DNA of 63,055 nt, the filler included, from Saprolegnia diclina VS20 (Eukaryota), in assembly GCF_000281045.1 (NCBI RefSeq). It is 8 parts of 3 records of this genome, joined end to end, with 100 filler letters (N's around TTAATTAATTAA, not from the genome) between each part and the next. Parts side by side here need not be neighbours in the genome. Positions count along the whole stretch, not along the records: positions 29,025 to 39,880 come from NW_008246093.1; positions 39,981 to 57,768 come from NW_008246093.1; 6 more parts are not named here. The stretch is one strand, 5' to 3'. The position numbers were made by a program, and so were the translations under genes. Below, piece after piece: positions 34,547 through 47,769 of the stretch. Position 1 is the first letter of the stretch; each line of letters starts with the position of its first letter. The notes below the pieces were generated by a model. It was not told where the DNA came from and made no database searches. It was given only the letters and a program-made list of their open reading frames with translations.

Positions 34547-37500
34547 ATGGAGTTGACGAGCGACGTCGGCGTCTCGCAGGAGGACGCATGGGCGGTGATC
34601 TCGGCCTACTTCGAGGAGAAGGGCCTCGTGCGCCAGCAGCTCGACTCGTTCGACGAGTTCATCCAGAACACCATGCAGGAGCTCATCGACGACTCGCGCT
34701 CGATCCGCATCACGCCCGAAGCGCAGTACAACCCGGGCCAGAAGGCCAATAAGGTCTCGGACACGATCTACCAGATCCAGTTTGGCCAGATCTACCTCTC
34801 CAAGCCGACCATGACCGAGAGCGACGGCTCGACGTCCGTCATGTTTCCGCACGAAGCGCGGCTGCGCAACCTCACGTACGCGGCGCCGCTCTACGTCGAC
34901 GTGACGTGCGAAAAGTACCAAGCGGGCACCGTGCCCATTGAAGAGCAGGACCCGTACGAGCGCGAGCACACGCCCAAGGAGTTTATCGGGTCCGTACCGA
35001 TCATGCTGCGGTCGCAGTACTGCGTCTTGACCAACAAGACGGACAAGGAGTTGACCGAGCTCAACGAATGCGTGTACGACCAAGGCGGCTACTTTATCAT
35101 CAACGGCTCGGAGAAGGTGCTGATCGCGCAAGAGCGCATGAGCAACAACCACGTCTACTGCTTCAAAAAGTCGTCGGTCTCCAAGTACTCGTGGGTGTGC
35201 GAGACGCGGTCGCACGTCGAGCATGGCGTGCGCCCGACCTCGACCATGTACGTGCAAATGTACACGAAATCTGGCGGCAAGTCGGCGGTCTCGGGCCATC
35301 AGATCCGCGCGGTCATCCCGTACATTCGCCAAGACATCCCGGTCGTCATCATCTTTCGTGCGCTCGGGTTTGTCGCCGACCGCGAGATCCTCGAGCACAT
35401 TTGCTACGACTTCTCGGACATTGAGCTCATGGAGCGCTTCAAGCCGTCGCTCGAAGAGGCGTTTGTGATCCAGGAACAGGAAGTCGCGCTCGACTTTATC
35501 GGGCGCCGCGGGTCGGCCATCAACGTCTCCAAGGCCGACCGTCTCCGGTACGCCCAAGACATTCTGCAAAAGGAAATGCTGCCGCACGTCGGCGTCGAAG
35601 ACCACAATGAGACCAAGAAGGCGTACTTCCTCGGCTACGTTGTCCACAAGCTGCTCATGTGTTCGCTGGGCCGCATTGGCGAAGACGACCGCGATCACTA
35701 TGGCAACAAGCGTCTCGATCTCGCCGGGCCGCTCCTCGGCGGGCTCTTTCGCATCCTCTTCAAGAAGCTCACAAAGGACGTCAAGGGCTACCTCCAAAAG
35801 TGCGTCGACGCCGGCCGCGACTTTCAGCTCTCGCTCGCGATCAAGTCCAAGACCATCTCGAACGGCCTCCGCTACTCGCTCGCGACGGGCAACTGGGGCA
35901 TGCAGAAGACAGCCTCCAAGGCCGGCGTGTCGCAGGTGCTCAACCGCCTCACGTATGCGTCGTCGTTGAGTCACTTGCGCCGTCTCAACACGCCGCTCGG
36001 GCGCGAAGGCAAGCAGGCCAAGCCGCGCCAGCTCCACAACACACATTGGGGCATGATTTGCCCGGCCGAGACGCCGGAAGGCCAAGCCGTCGGCCTCGTC
36101 AAGAACCTCGCGCTCATGGCGTACATCTCGGTCGGGTCGCCCCAAGCGCCGATCCTCGAGTTTCTCGAAGAGTGGGCGACCGAGAACTTGGAGGAGATCA
36201 AGCCGCAGATCATTCCGCAGGCGACCAAGATCTTTGTCAACGGCAACTGGGTCGGCGTCCATCGTGAGCCGAACGAGCTCGTCAAGACGCTGCGGTCGCT
36301 GCGCCGCTGCGTCGACATTGATGCTGAAGTGTCGGTGATCCGCGACCTCATGCAGAAGGAATTGCGCATCTACACGGACGCTGGGCGCGTGTGCCGACCG
36401 CTCTTTATCGTCGAGCAAAACCAACTGCTGCTGCAAAAGAACCACGTGGTCAAGCTCCAGAACCACAAGCACACCAACTTTCGGTGGCACAACTTGCTCA
36501 CGGAAGGCGTCGTGGAGCTCATCGACACGGAAGAAGAAGAGGTGTGCATGATTGCGATGGAGCCCAAGGACTTGCTGCAGCCGCGCCAACTCTACACGCA
36601 CTGCGAGATCCACCCGTCGATGATCCTCGGCATTTGCGCCAGCATCATTCCGTTTCCAGATCACAACCAGAGTCCGCGTAACACGTACCAGTCGGCCATG
36701 GGCAAGCAGGCCATGGTACGTCTTGCATCTTTGACCATGTCATTGATTCGCCAATGCTTAGGGTATCTACACGTCCAACTTTCGCGCGCGCATGGACACG
36801 ATGGCCAACATCCTCAACTACCCGCAAAAGCCGCTCGTGACGACTCGCGCGATGGAATACCTGCACTTTCGTGAGCTGCCCAGCGGCGTCAACGCGATCG
36901 TGGCGATTGCGACCTACACGGGCTACAACCAAGAAGACTCGCTCATTATGAACCAGAGCGCGATCGACCGCGGGCTCTTCCGGTCGACGTTTTACCGCTG
37001 CTACGTCGACCAAGAGCGCAACAAGTCACCGCATGGCATGGGCGGCGGGGCCGGGTTTCTCAACTGCGAAGAGTTTGAAAAGCCGAGCCGCGCCACGTGC
37101 CTCCGCCTCAAGCACGGCAGCTACCACAAGCTCGACAATGACGGTCTTGTCGCGCCGGGGACCCGCGTCTCGGGCAGCGACATTATCATTGGCAAGACGT
37201 CGCCGCTGCCGGCCTCGGACGAGAATGGCATGGAGATGCGCCACCAAAAGCGCGATGCGTCGACGACGCTCCGGACGCATGAGAACGGCATCATTGACTC
37301 GGTCATGCTCACAACCAACGCCGAAGGCTTCAAGTTTACCAAAGTGCGCTTCCGCAACATTCGCATCCCGCAAATCGGCGACAAGTTTGCGTCCCGCCAC
37401 GGGCAGAAGGGCACGATCGGGATGACGTACCGCCAAGAAGACATGCCGTTTACGATCGAGGGCGTCAACCCCGACATTATCGTCAACCCGCATGCGATTC

Positions 37501-38144
37501 CGTCGCGGATGACGATTGGCCACTTGATCGAGTGTCTTCTCGGCAAGGTATCGTCGCAAACCGGTGACGAAGGCGACGCGACGCCGTTCACGGACGTGAC
37601 GGTCCAAGCGATCTCCGACACGCTCCATAGCCTCGGGTACCAGCGCCACGGCAATGAAGTGCTGTACAATGGCCACACGGGGCGTCGGCTCCAAGCGCAG
37701 ATCTTCATCGGGCCGACGTTCTACCAGCGTCTCAAGCACATGGTCGACGACAAGATCCATTCGCGGTCGCGTGGGCCCGTGACGATGCTGACGCGCCAGC
37801 CGCTCGAAGGTCGTGCGCGCGAAGGCGGTCTCCGCATGGGCGAAATGGAGCGCGACTGCCTCATCTCGCACGGGTCGGCCAACTTTTTGATGGACCGTCT
37901 CTTTGCCAACTCGGACGCGTACCGCGTGCACGTGTGCGACCTCTGCGGTATCATTGCGATTGCCAATCTGCGCAAGATGACGTTCGAGTGCCGGACGTGT
38001 CGCAACAAGACGCAGATCTCGCAGGTGCACATCCCGTACTCGTGCAAGCTGCTCTTCCAAGAGCTCATGGCCATGAGCATCGCGCCCCGTCTCTTTACGC
38101 TTGGGAACCCGAACGTGACGGCGACGACGCGCCAGCGCAACTGA
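34547..38144 (+). CDS. RPB2: DNA-directed RNA polymerase II second-largest subunit; one intron 36716-36761
   Basis: [45 protein letters not shown] across the intron, [30 protein letters not shown], terminal Zn ribbon. Confidence 0.98.
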
Positions 38145-38902
38145 TCGGTAATCTATACAATTTATATCTTGCTTGTGCCACGGGTGTCATTTGGCAGACA
38201 ATATGGCGACGCGAGGTGGCGGCAGCCTAAGTCGGGTTAGGGTTGCAGCTGAAACAGTGTACCGTACAGCGTTTGGAGCGCGAACGTGGTTGCTTNNNNN
38301 NNNNNNNNNNNNNNNNNNNNNNNNNNNNNNNNNNNNNNNNNNNNNNNNNNNNNNNNNNNNNNNNNNNNNNNNNNNNNNNNNNNNNNNNNNNNNNNNNNNN
38401 NNNNNNNNNNNNNNNNNNNNNNNNNNNNNNNNNNNNNNNNNNNNNNNNNNNNNNNNNNNNNNNNNNNNNNNNNNNNNNNNNNNNNNNNNNNNNNNNNNNN
38501 NNNNNNNNNNNNNNNNNNNNNNNNNNNNNNNNNNNNNNNNNNNNNNNNNNNNNNNNNNNNNNNNNNNNNNNNNNNNNNNNNNNNNNNNNNNNNNNNNNNN
38601 NNNNNNNNNNNNNNNNNNNNNNNNNNNNNNNNNNNNNNNNNNNNNNNNNNNNNNNNNNNNNNNNNNNNNNNNNNNNNNNNNNNNNNNNNNNNNNNNNNNN
38701 NNNNNNNNNTGCTATTAGACAGAGTTATGAGAGCCGGTCTCTCGACATGCCACGTCATGGCGACGTCGTGATCGCGCCAGAATGTGGCGTCGGAAGGCTT
38801 GGAATCAAAGATAGAACGAAGCTATCGCAAGCAAATACACACATTTGAATATGTATTGTTAAATATCATTGAATGCACAGTCTTTGGTTTCGAGATAATC
38901 TA

Positions 38903-39880
38903 CTAATGCACAGTGTTTGGTGTCGAGCTCTCACGTTCTAGGTTGCAAAGGGGCAAGGCAGCGTCACGGAGCGGGCACTCGTGCTGGGTCCGTGGCAGCG
39001 ATACCGGAAAGAGTCGCCAGAGCTTTATGTCGAGGGCATACATGACATGTCCGACGCGCAGTGTCAGAAGACCGGCGATGGCCGCCGACGCGCGATCCAA
39101 GTAGTAGACCTCGTCCACGAGGCGGCCGTCGTGCAGGAACAGGTATTTCGCGCCACTCGAGAGCAAGAGCGACGTCACACGGCTTTGCGGGCGGCGCATG
39201 CAGCATCGGACAACTCCAAAGCACACCATATTGCATCCAATGACAATGCAAATGAGCGCCAGCAAGCGACGCACTTGGCCGATCACTAGGTCGCCGGCAG
39301 CACACGTCACAAGAAGATCCAACTGCGCAACCTGGCAGTGCGGTGAGAGCGCGAGTGTGGCTTCAACGGGCGACGCCCCCGCGAGAGTCGCAACAATGAG
39401 CCACACGAGAAGGCTGTTGGCTGTTGTATAGTACATCGAGTACTCCTTCGTCACGATGAGCGCAACGTCGTTGACGACCGAGACAAGCCACGTGACCTCG
39501 CCGGCCGCCAGCGCAATCTTATACCACGGCGTGGGCACAGCCGCAAAGTAGCTGCGGTAGCCAGACGTATGAAGCTCCAGCGTCGCGGTCGAGAGGAGGC
39601 AGAGCGCCGTCATGGACCGAAGAAAGAGGAGTGGCCGGCCGACCCAGACGATGCCCCCGACCCGCGAGAGTTCGAGCATGTTCAAGCCCTCGAAATGCCC
39701 GCGGGACGCAAGCATGTAGACGCACGCGAGCGCCGCGACACTGAGCATGAGAAGTGTGACGTACCATACACCGGCGCGGCAGTAGGTGGCAACTGCTTGC
39801 GTGAGCATCCACGGCTGCGCTTGCTGGAGCAGCGGGAGTTGGAGGTCCGTCAAGAGAGTGAGCGTGCCACTGTCGCCTTG
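38903..39880 (-). CDS. C-terminal part of a multi-pass membrane protein of unknown function (paralog of 39981..41932)
   Basis: Shared motifs GLNM..L.RVGG.VWVGRPLL, SAGAKY/SSGAKY, DRASA, LDxKLWR; 5' end in gap. Confidence 0.8.
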   Translation of the reverse strand, partial: QGDSGTLTLLTDLQLPLLQQAQPWMLTQAVATYCRAGVWYVTLLMLSVAALACVYMLASRGHFEGLNMLELSRVGGIVWVGRPLLFLRSMTALCLLSTATLELHTSGYRSYFAAVPTPWYKIALAAGEVTWLVSVVNDVALIVTKEYSMYYTTANSLLVWLIVATLAGASPVEATLALSPHCQVAQLDLLVTCAAGDLVIGQVRRLLALICIVIGCNMVCFGVVRCCMRRPQSRVTSLLLSSGAKYLFLHDGRLVDEVYYLDRASAAIAGLLTLRVGHVMYALDIKLWRLFPVSLPRTQHECPLRDAALPLCNLERESSTPNTVH

Positions 39881-39980
39881 NNNNNNNNNNNNNNNNNNNN
39901 NNNNNNNNNNNNNNNNNNNNNNNNTTAATTAATTAANNNNNNNNNNNNNNNNNNNNNNNNNNNNNNNNNNNNNNNNNNNN

Positions 39981-41932
39981 AAAACTACAAGCGCATCGGG
40001 GCCATCAACAGTTATACCATAACCAACGCGTACGGTGTCGCCTACCCAATGTCATTGATGGCCCTCAACGGCAGCTACCGCTGGAGCAGTCAAACCTCGT
40101 ACAAGATGTACTGGTCACTGGCCAACGATCTCTCTGCGATTGCGTCCAACACCAGTGGTATCGGCGGTCTCAGTCTCTTGCGAACGAGTCCTCGGTTCGC
40201 CTTTGCCAACACGTCGCTGCAAGCCGTCTTTACGACAAACTTGACGTTGATGTCGCCACTGGCCAACGGATTCGCCCTTGTCGCAGCGACGCTTGGCCCG
40301 TTTGGTGTCACTGACATGGTGTATGTACGCGTTCCAGCAGCCGTTAGCAGCGTCTTTCGCGACATAATTCAAATGACACGCCTCGCTATGGCCCCGTCAG
40401 TCCACGCTCAAGCCGCCTACAACCAGATCACACCACTCGGCACGTCGTACCCGATTCCGAAAAAGTGGCTCACACCCAACTACGGCTCGCTTGGCGGCTC
40501 GCCGCTCTGCCAAGAGCTCATTGCTAGCAAGGTGGTCTCCGGCGGACTCACTTGCATGCCGTCTTATGACCTACCGTGTCTGCCAACGTCGCCCGTGCAG
40601 AGCAAGGTCCTGCCAACGCGCCAACACTATATCGTGTCGGCGATTCTCTCGGGTCTTGTCGCATCACCGCCCAGTGACTGCCGCTCCATCTGCTCATTTG
40701 ACCCGGCGTATCTCGCTCTTTGCCTCGTCTACCTCAACCAAACCATGTACTTTCTCCAGACGTACATGCCAGACGCCAACGCATCGTTTGGCTCTGTCGC
40801 GGCGTCAACCAACGCCCTTGTCCACAGTCTCAACATTGAGTTGATGATTTTTGCCAAAGTCAACGCGTCGGCGCCGCTCGGGCTGCTGCACACCAATATT
40901 CTCGACCCAAGTGAAGTCGGTTTTGGCTTTCTCGCGTGGACGTATCTGTACGACTGGGTCGTCGGGAATCGCGAAGTGATTTCGTTTCAAGGCGACAGTG
41001 GGACGCTCACTCTCTTGACGGACCTCCAACTCCCGCTGCTTCAGCAAGCGCAGCCGTGGATGCTCACGCAAGCGTTTGCCACGTACTTCCAAGCCGCAGT
41101 GCTATTTGTGACGCTAATTCTGCTTGGTCTTGCGATTGCGACAACATTGTACATGGTTCTGAGCCGCGGGCACTTTGTGGGCTTGAACATGCTCAAGCTC
41201 GATCGCGTCGGGGGCATGGTGTGGGTCGGCCGGCCGCTTTTGCTAGTCCGCAGCCTCACGGCCCTCTGCCTCCTCTCGACGGCGCCGCTCACTTTGCACT
41301 TTTCGGGCTATCTATCAATGTTTCAACTTCCGACACCGCCGATCTTGGTGCGGCTCTTGGCGTCGTGGGAGGTCACGTGGCTGGCGGTAATTCTGGACGA
41401 CGTGGCACTTCCGTATACGCGCGAGTATGCGCGGTACCACGGTTTCCTCAACTGCGTCCTCTTGTGGTTGACCGTGGTCGTTGGAGCGCCACCGTTTGCG
41501 CCGACTTGTGATGTAAATGCTGCCTGCTCTGTGGATGAAATGGATTTTCAAGTCGTTTGCAGAAGCAGCCGCCTCGAAGTCGGGCGTCTCGACCGCCTCT
41601 TGACGCTTTTGCTCTTGGTGCTTGTGTGCCATGTGGTGTCACTGGCGTTGACGCGCTTTCTCCTCGGCACGCTGCCGACATGTTGTGTCGACTCGGCCCA
41701 TTTCAGTGCCGGCGCCAAGTACTATTTCAGCCACCACGGCCAGATACGAGGTTCCCTCTACGACATCGACCGTGCGTCTGCCGTCCTCAACGGGTTGCTC
41801 ACGGTGCAGATCGGAACGACCTTCTTTGCGCTCGACGTCAAGCTATGGCGCGTCGCATCAACGCCGATTCGGACCAACGTCACACGCGGCTACCCCCTCC
41901 GCACTGTTGAAAATACCATAGAATATACGTAA
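39981..41932 (+). CDS. C-terminal >600 aa of a multi-pass membrane protein of unknown function
   Basis: Long ORF open from the gap; LYDWVVGNREVISFQGDSG and WVGRPLL motifs, several TM segments. Confidence 0.82.
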
Positions 41933-42440
41933 ACCAGGCGAGATGTCCGTATTCTTGACGACCAAGTTTCCCTTCGTCGTGGCCCTTGGCGTGTAGGTGG
42001 CCAGGAGGAATGACCGGTCACGTGACACTGCTACGAGATCAAACATTGGCAGACCACCGGGGTTTGGAGTCCAAGCACTGACGGCCAACTCCCATGCATC
42101 CAGGCGTAGCGCTACGTATGCGAAGTCTTTGTGTCATAATGAAGATAACGCGGAACACGTTCATACATACATATAAGCACTGACGGCTTGTGGAGCGTCT
42201 CCCATTAATTGAATACTTATCTTTGGTTTCGAGATCAAATTGTTGACAATAATGTTATAATTCAATGTGTCCCAGGCCAGCACTCGACGGTGCAGTCTAC
42301 ATTGAATAGACTACTATTACTATTCCCTCGGCCCAAACTTTGACGAGCGATAAATGTTTTCGATGTGAATTAAAAATGGGCTGAAGCATCGAACCGACGC
42401 TGAGACGACGAGCATTGCTACGACAAGTCAACGCAGGGAC

Positions 42441-43792
42441 TCAGTAGCAGATGGTGACGAGAAGCCCTTCGTCCGAGTGGCAGTCGCGCATCTTCTTGGC
42501 GTCGTCGAACGGGTAGAGGTAGGCATCCGGGCACTTGGGGTCATTGCACTGGACCATGCCGCAGTTGTACAGGTGGTTGTTTGCGAGGTTTTGCGGCTCG
42601 ACCTTCATGGGCACGTTGTAGCCCTTCTTGCCGCTCTTCTGGCACTCGTCCCAGCTCTGGCCATCCCCGCACTACTTCCGAGGTCAACCAATGACAGCAA
42701 AAGAGATGGTGTACGTTGGGGGTCACGACGCTGAGGTCGTACCAGAACTTGCCGCCGTCGCGACTGCACTCGAACACTACACGAGACTCTTTGAGCTCGA
42801 CCATCGTCATCCTGAGAAGGCGTACAGGTGGCTTCTTCGGACCGGCCGACGCGGAAGGTGCCGCCGTGGAAGGTGCTGCCAGCCACGTCGAACGTCGCCT
42901 TGTCACTCATCGTGTGGTAGTACGTCGTGAGCGCGTTCCCGACGCGAAGCGTGTACATGATGTCGATCGACTTGCCGCAGCTGTTGACCAGCCGCACACT
43001 TGCCTTGGGCATCTGCGACGACGGACTCGGACTCGGACTCGGTGATGGCTGCGGTTGTGGTTGTGGCTTGGGCGTGTCGGGGCTCGGCGAGGGCTTGGGT
43101 GCATCCGTGCTCGGCGATGGCTTGGGCGTGTCCGGGCTAGGTGATGGCTGCGGCTTGGGCGTGTCAGGGCTAGGCGACGGGTGCGGCTTAGGGCTGTCGC
43201 TACTAGGCGACGGGTACGGTTGGGGGCCATCGCTGCTCGGCGATGGGTGCGGTTTGGGTGCGTGCGAGCTTGGCGTTGGAGCATCCGGGCTCGGTCTTGG
43301 GGTGGACGGACACGGCGTCGGGCGGTGGCTAGGTCTGGGTGTCCATGGCATCGGCGTCGGCTTGTCCGAGTACGCCTCTTCGTCATCGGTATGCGACGGC
43401 GTCGGCGTCGTCATGTTCCGTGGCGTGTGCGTCGCATTTGGCGTCGTCGCGTCGACCGTTGTCTCTTCCGGCGTTGGTGTCGTCGTCGTCAGTGGCGTCG
43501 ACGTGGGCACTGTTGCAATGCTGTCGTCGGCGGCACTCGGCGACGTCGGCGTCGTCGACGTCGGTGTCGGCGTGAAGGCCGGTGCGTTGCCCGAACCTTG
43601 GTTCGATTCGGTGGTAGCGGCAGAGACAGCGATCGCCGTGACGACGCCGAGCGTCACGAGCACGAGACCCGCGAGCACAAACCACGCGCGACGGCGCTTC
43701 CACCACGTCGCCGAGTTGGCGTCCTTCTCCACATACAGCGGGTCGTCGTCGGTGATGCGCCAGACCGCGATCTGGTCGTCGGTGCGTGCCAT
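42441..43792 (-). CDS. Type II membrane-anchored thaumatin-like (TLP/GH64 superfamily) protein with Pro/Thr/Ser stalk; two short introns
   Basis: TM WFVLAGLVLVTLGVVTAIAV; spliced C-domain VRLVNSCG...FWYDLSVV...GYNVPMKVEP...CPDAYLYPFDD...LVTICY, matching thaumatin-like motifs. Confidence 0.78.
43020..43370 (-). repeat. Coding minisatellite (PSPSPDTPKP-like units)
   Basis: Imperfect ~30-36 nt repeats encoding PSPS(P/S/T)D(T/A/S/G)P(K/Q)P. Confidence 0.85.
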
Positions 43793-44748
43793 GGTGGCTG
43801 GAGATTGCAAAGTAGAGACTGGCGACGCTCGTGTCGGTGGTGGTAGCTGTGGTGGTGCTCTTGACTCTGGATATCGCTTTCGTGGACTGGCTTTGCATAC
43901 AAACATCAAGTATAAAACCATCGGGCCGCGTGATACACAAGAGGCGGGAGGACATATGGCATACGTGGCAGCGTGCCATCGCAGCTTTTGTATCGCCACG
44001 CGGTTTGTGAGCTTCAAGATGGAATCGCGGATACGGACGTCGCGGCGTCGTCATCCAGTGCTCCAGTTCCTATTGCTTTGACAGAGGAAAGGGCAACTAA
44101 TGAGTACACTGTGCCACCCACGTTCGCAGTCGAGAGGCGGTCACGCCCCACACTACAAGTAGAGTACGGCTCAGCGACCCACTTGGCAGCAACAAAAGTT
44201 GGCACCAAGATCGACGCATCGAGCAAGCGTTGCACGCGCGTGATCACGACCCCGCCGCGTCGATGCATGTCGCCAACGAGGTAACTTGTAGAAGAGGTAT
44301 TAACATTGGGCTGGACAAGAGTCCATATTCACGTTTCTGGGATTTCGGGAAGATGCCGGAACGGCCGCGGAATCGCGCATCGACGTCGATGGACTGGATG
44401 CAACACCCCAGTCGTCCGTGACGCAGCTCCTTTGGCTACCCGATACCCGATCGAACGGCGATTCAATGGGGTGCCTTGGCGTCCCCACGCAAATGGCCAC
44501 CAAGGCCCGCCACCCAGACAAAACAAAGCCCGTCGATAGGATTGGTCAAAATTCAGCGACGAGGCAGGCGACGATTGGCCCCTGGTCAAAAAATGGCTGC
44601 GCGAACACCAAATCGTGTGAAAGTGGACATTAAGACGTTAAATAGTGTACTCGATGTCAAGGTGCAGTGCTGCAGCATCCACTTACAGGTACTTACTAGT
44701 ACCGTTGGAACCGAATCGAATGCTGCATTCGCATGGACGAACGGCAAC

Positions 44749-45630
44749 ATGAAGCGAAAAGGCATTCGCCACACGTCTAGAATCAGCGCTTATGCAATGA
44801 GCGTATTTTCGAGTCGTACTCGTACATACATAACGAGCTACTTGCGTCGTCGAGCTGAGGAGGTCCCCGACCCGTCGCCGGATGCAACGTTGGGGCAAGG
44901 CGGTGTGACTCCGACGCCAGAGTCAAGAACGGAAACACAAGGCAGCCGTCGAGGCGATCACCATGTCGACCTCGACATTCGAGATATTGTCATGGCTTCG
45001 AGCGCCGTGGCCAAGCCAGTGACCAAATCAGATATCGAGACTGACGCGTAGCTATCCTTGTTGCCACATTGCAGTTGCGAGCAACTAGCAGTAGAGCAGT
45101 GTCCCGTCCGTGCTGATGATATGTGGCAACTGCCACTTGCTGGTGTGCTGCACGGCCCCCTTCAACGCCAAAGTGGCGATGCAATTTGATCGCATTTTCA
45201 GTCTCGTCGGTGGCGCGCAGCATTTGCAAGGCGATGGCCGCCACCGAGTTGTCAGTGACCTCACTAACTGAGGTTGCACAAGAGCACTCGTCTTCAAGCA
45301 GAACGATGGGCGCGTCGGAGCCCGGTTTTCTTTTGGCGACTTCAAAAGGAGTTTGGTTTGCGTACGACTACGGTGGACTGTGGTGCGTGAACCTGAATCC
45401 GTAGCGTCAACGACGGGGTCAACCCGCGCCGTCGCCTCGACAAGCTCGCAACGTACGGCAAGCGCACGACGCAGTCGACGACGATGCTGCGCCGATCTTC
45501 ATTCCGTTGATTGCATCGGCCAGAGGTGACGGCGACATAGACTTCTGGAGCTCCATTTGCAGCATGCACCAAGATGGCTCGAACGTACACGAGCGGCTCG
45601 CTCAGTGTCTTTTGCGTCTGAAGACAAGGC
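44749..45630 (+). CDS. Possible spliced hypothetical gene
   Basis: CCAAT boxes upstream and coding-like fragments (MKRKGIRHTSRISAYAM...; DDAAPIFIPLIASARGDGDIDFWSSIC); no family recognised. Confidence 0.25.
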
Positions 45631-46497
45631 GACTAGATGACCAGCCACGAGCTGCAGGATGCAAACCCTTGGCCTCGCGGAACCTCAGGCGTGTTGATGT
45701 CACATCCATGTGTAAACAACAAACATACCTTTTCCTGGAGACCTGTGATGCTACAAGGGATATAATTGTTATTATATCCCTTGGGTGCTATCACGGCCAT
45801 AATTCGGCCTTGGATCTCAACTTGATGGAGCCGCAAGATGTGCTTGGGAGGATGTTTCGATGAGGAAGCCACGGAGCTGGAACGAGCTCAGATTGGAATG
45901 GCACCAGATTCCTTATCCCCCTCCCTTTTTCGCCCGAGGTGCACCAAGCAGCTATCATTGCATGGGCTGTTCCGCAGGTGATTCTGCCTCCTCGGACGAG
46001 CACATCTTCCTCCTGGCATCAAAGTGACCCATCAAGGATGCCGCATTTCTCGTCCCGACTGCGAAATGTCAACAATGTGCGAAACGTGAACAATGTGTGA
46101 ATCGTCACACGTGTGTTTCCCACGTCGCCACGCACCCCCATTCCCGTTCACAACCACAGCTCTGCACAATGTAGTCGTTCTTGTCATCGCTAAGCAACGA
46201 CATTTTGCATCGTCCCCCACGGCCATCTAGGCGCCTCCGGCTCCGCAGCAACACTCTGGTCATGACAATGGTCGGCATGCGTGGGTGGCTTCGTTTCACA
46301 CCTGATAATGGCGTGCGAAACCACGGTGCTTTTTGGTCAAGTCCGTGTGTCACGCTAAAAGGACAGCGAAAATCCATCTCCGCCAATCACCATTGACATA
46401 TCGGATCATTTCAACCAATCACTGAATTCTTCACCATGAGTCACAAACCATCGCACTTTTCTGTCCGAGTGATATCCATTCGAAAATTCGCCTTCCG

Positions 46498-46899
46498 ATG
46501 ACGGCCAACCGCGAGCACTCGCCGCTGCTGGCCGCCCCGAGCCAGGCGCCGACCGCCCCAAGCCTAGCACCGGCGACAGGCCCGACCCGGCAGGTCTCGC
46601 TCGGCGCGAAGCAGCGGCCCGTCCAGGAGGTCCATCCGCTGCCGTGGTTCCGTAGCCCCGAGCTCTCGATGAACAAGGAGAAGGCGCGGCTGCATCTGAA
46701 GCGCAAGCAGCAGGCGCTCAAGGCGCCCGAGCGCTGGTCGTGCGGCCGCTACTTTGGCTCGCTCGGCAGTGGCGAGAAGTGCGTCCACCTCCTCGTGCTC
46801 GTCATACTGATCTTTACGATCGTGGTCATTCTCTCCATCTTGTTTGCGCCCGACGCCAGTACCGTGCCGCCGCCCCGCGCGCTGCGATGGGACGAATGA
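46498..46899 (+). CDS. Small single-TM hypothetical protein (133 aa)
   Basis: ATG-initiated ORF with host codon bias and a C-proximal TM (LLVLVILIFTIVVILSILF); CCAAT boxes upstream. Confidence 0.7.
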   Translation: MTANREHSPLLAAPSQAPTAPSLAPATGPTRQVSLGAKQRPVQEVHPLPWFRSPELSMNKEKARLHLKRKQQALKAPERWSCGRYFGSLGSGEKCVHLLVLVILIFTIVVILSILFAPDASTVPPPRALRWDE

Positions 46900-47769
46900 A
46901 GGCGACGGAGCGCGCGACGACGGTCTAGTCGTACGTTGTCTGGCGTATATATATATCGTATGCAGTACATGATGGTCCATGCGCTCGCGGCCAATCGCCC
47001 GCCCCACGCCACCCCGGCCAGGCGACCAGACGTCATCTGTGTAGCAGTGGACGGAGCTAGTGGTAACTCGCAACACGGTCATCTTCAGGGTCATCTTCAT
47101 GCATCGCTCTACGGACCATCCATGCTCCTCGTCGAAGGATTCCGTCGGCTGCATCGACGCGGCAAGCAAGTGCCATCCAATACGACGTGGCGCATGGCGC
47201 AATGTGGGTGACGCCCGCCTGCGGGCGCGGGCGCGGCCAGGCGCGCTCGCCTGCATGGGCTATACAACAGTCATCCTCTACGGTCGATGCGTTGCATGAA
47301 GGATGTCGAGGTGCGCAGCAGTGTACATGCAGGATGGAAGTTGGACTCAGATTAGCATGACCTAGCTTCTTCATGGACCTACGGCGTGCAGCATGCTCGT
47401 AGAGCGTGTCGTCGAGCGCCATGGGCCAGGTAAAGCATCAGGAAGGTACAATTCCTCATCGTCCGTCGATCCTCGTCATGTACATGGAGCCAATGTCTAC
47501 CTACGCGTCGTGGTCCATGCGCCTTGCTGCCTCTTGCTGGATTCCTGAAATGACTGGTGCCGGAAATATTGTCAAACTCGATTGCCCGAAATACGTAGGC
47601 AACATAAAAGATCCAGGCACAATAAGAAAGCTTAGGCAAAATATATCTATCCTAACGTATCCGATACAGCCTAGGATTTATCCAAGGATCGATCCAACGC
47701 CACAGATCGATACTGGATTTGGAGATGACATGTATCCTAGTGTATGCAGTCTCAGAGGTTCTGGAAAGC

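Noticed and set aside
43181..43846. Gly- or Arg-rich plus-strand ORFs over 42.9-44.1 kb
   Set aside because: Antisense shadow of the Pro/Thr/Ser repeat stalk of the thaumatin-like gene.
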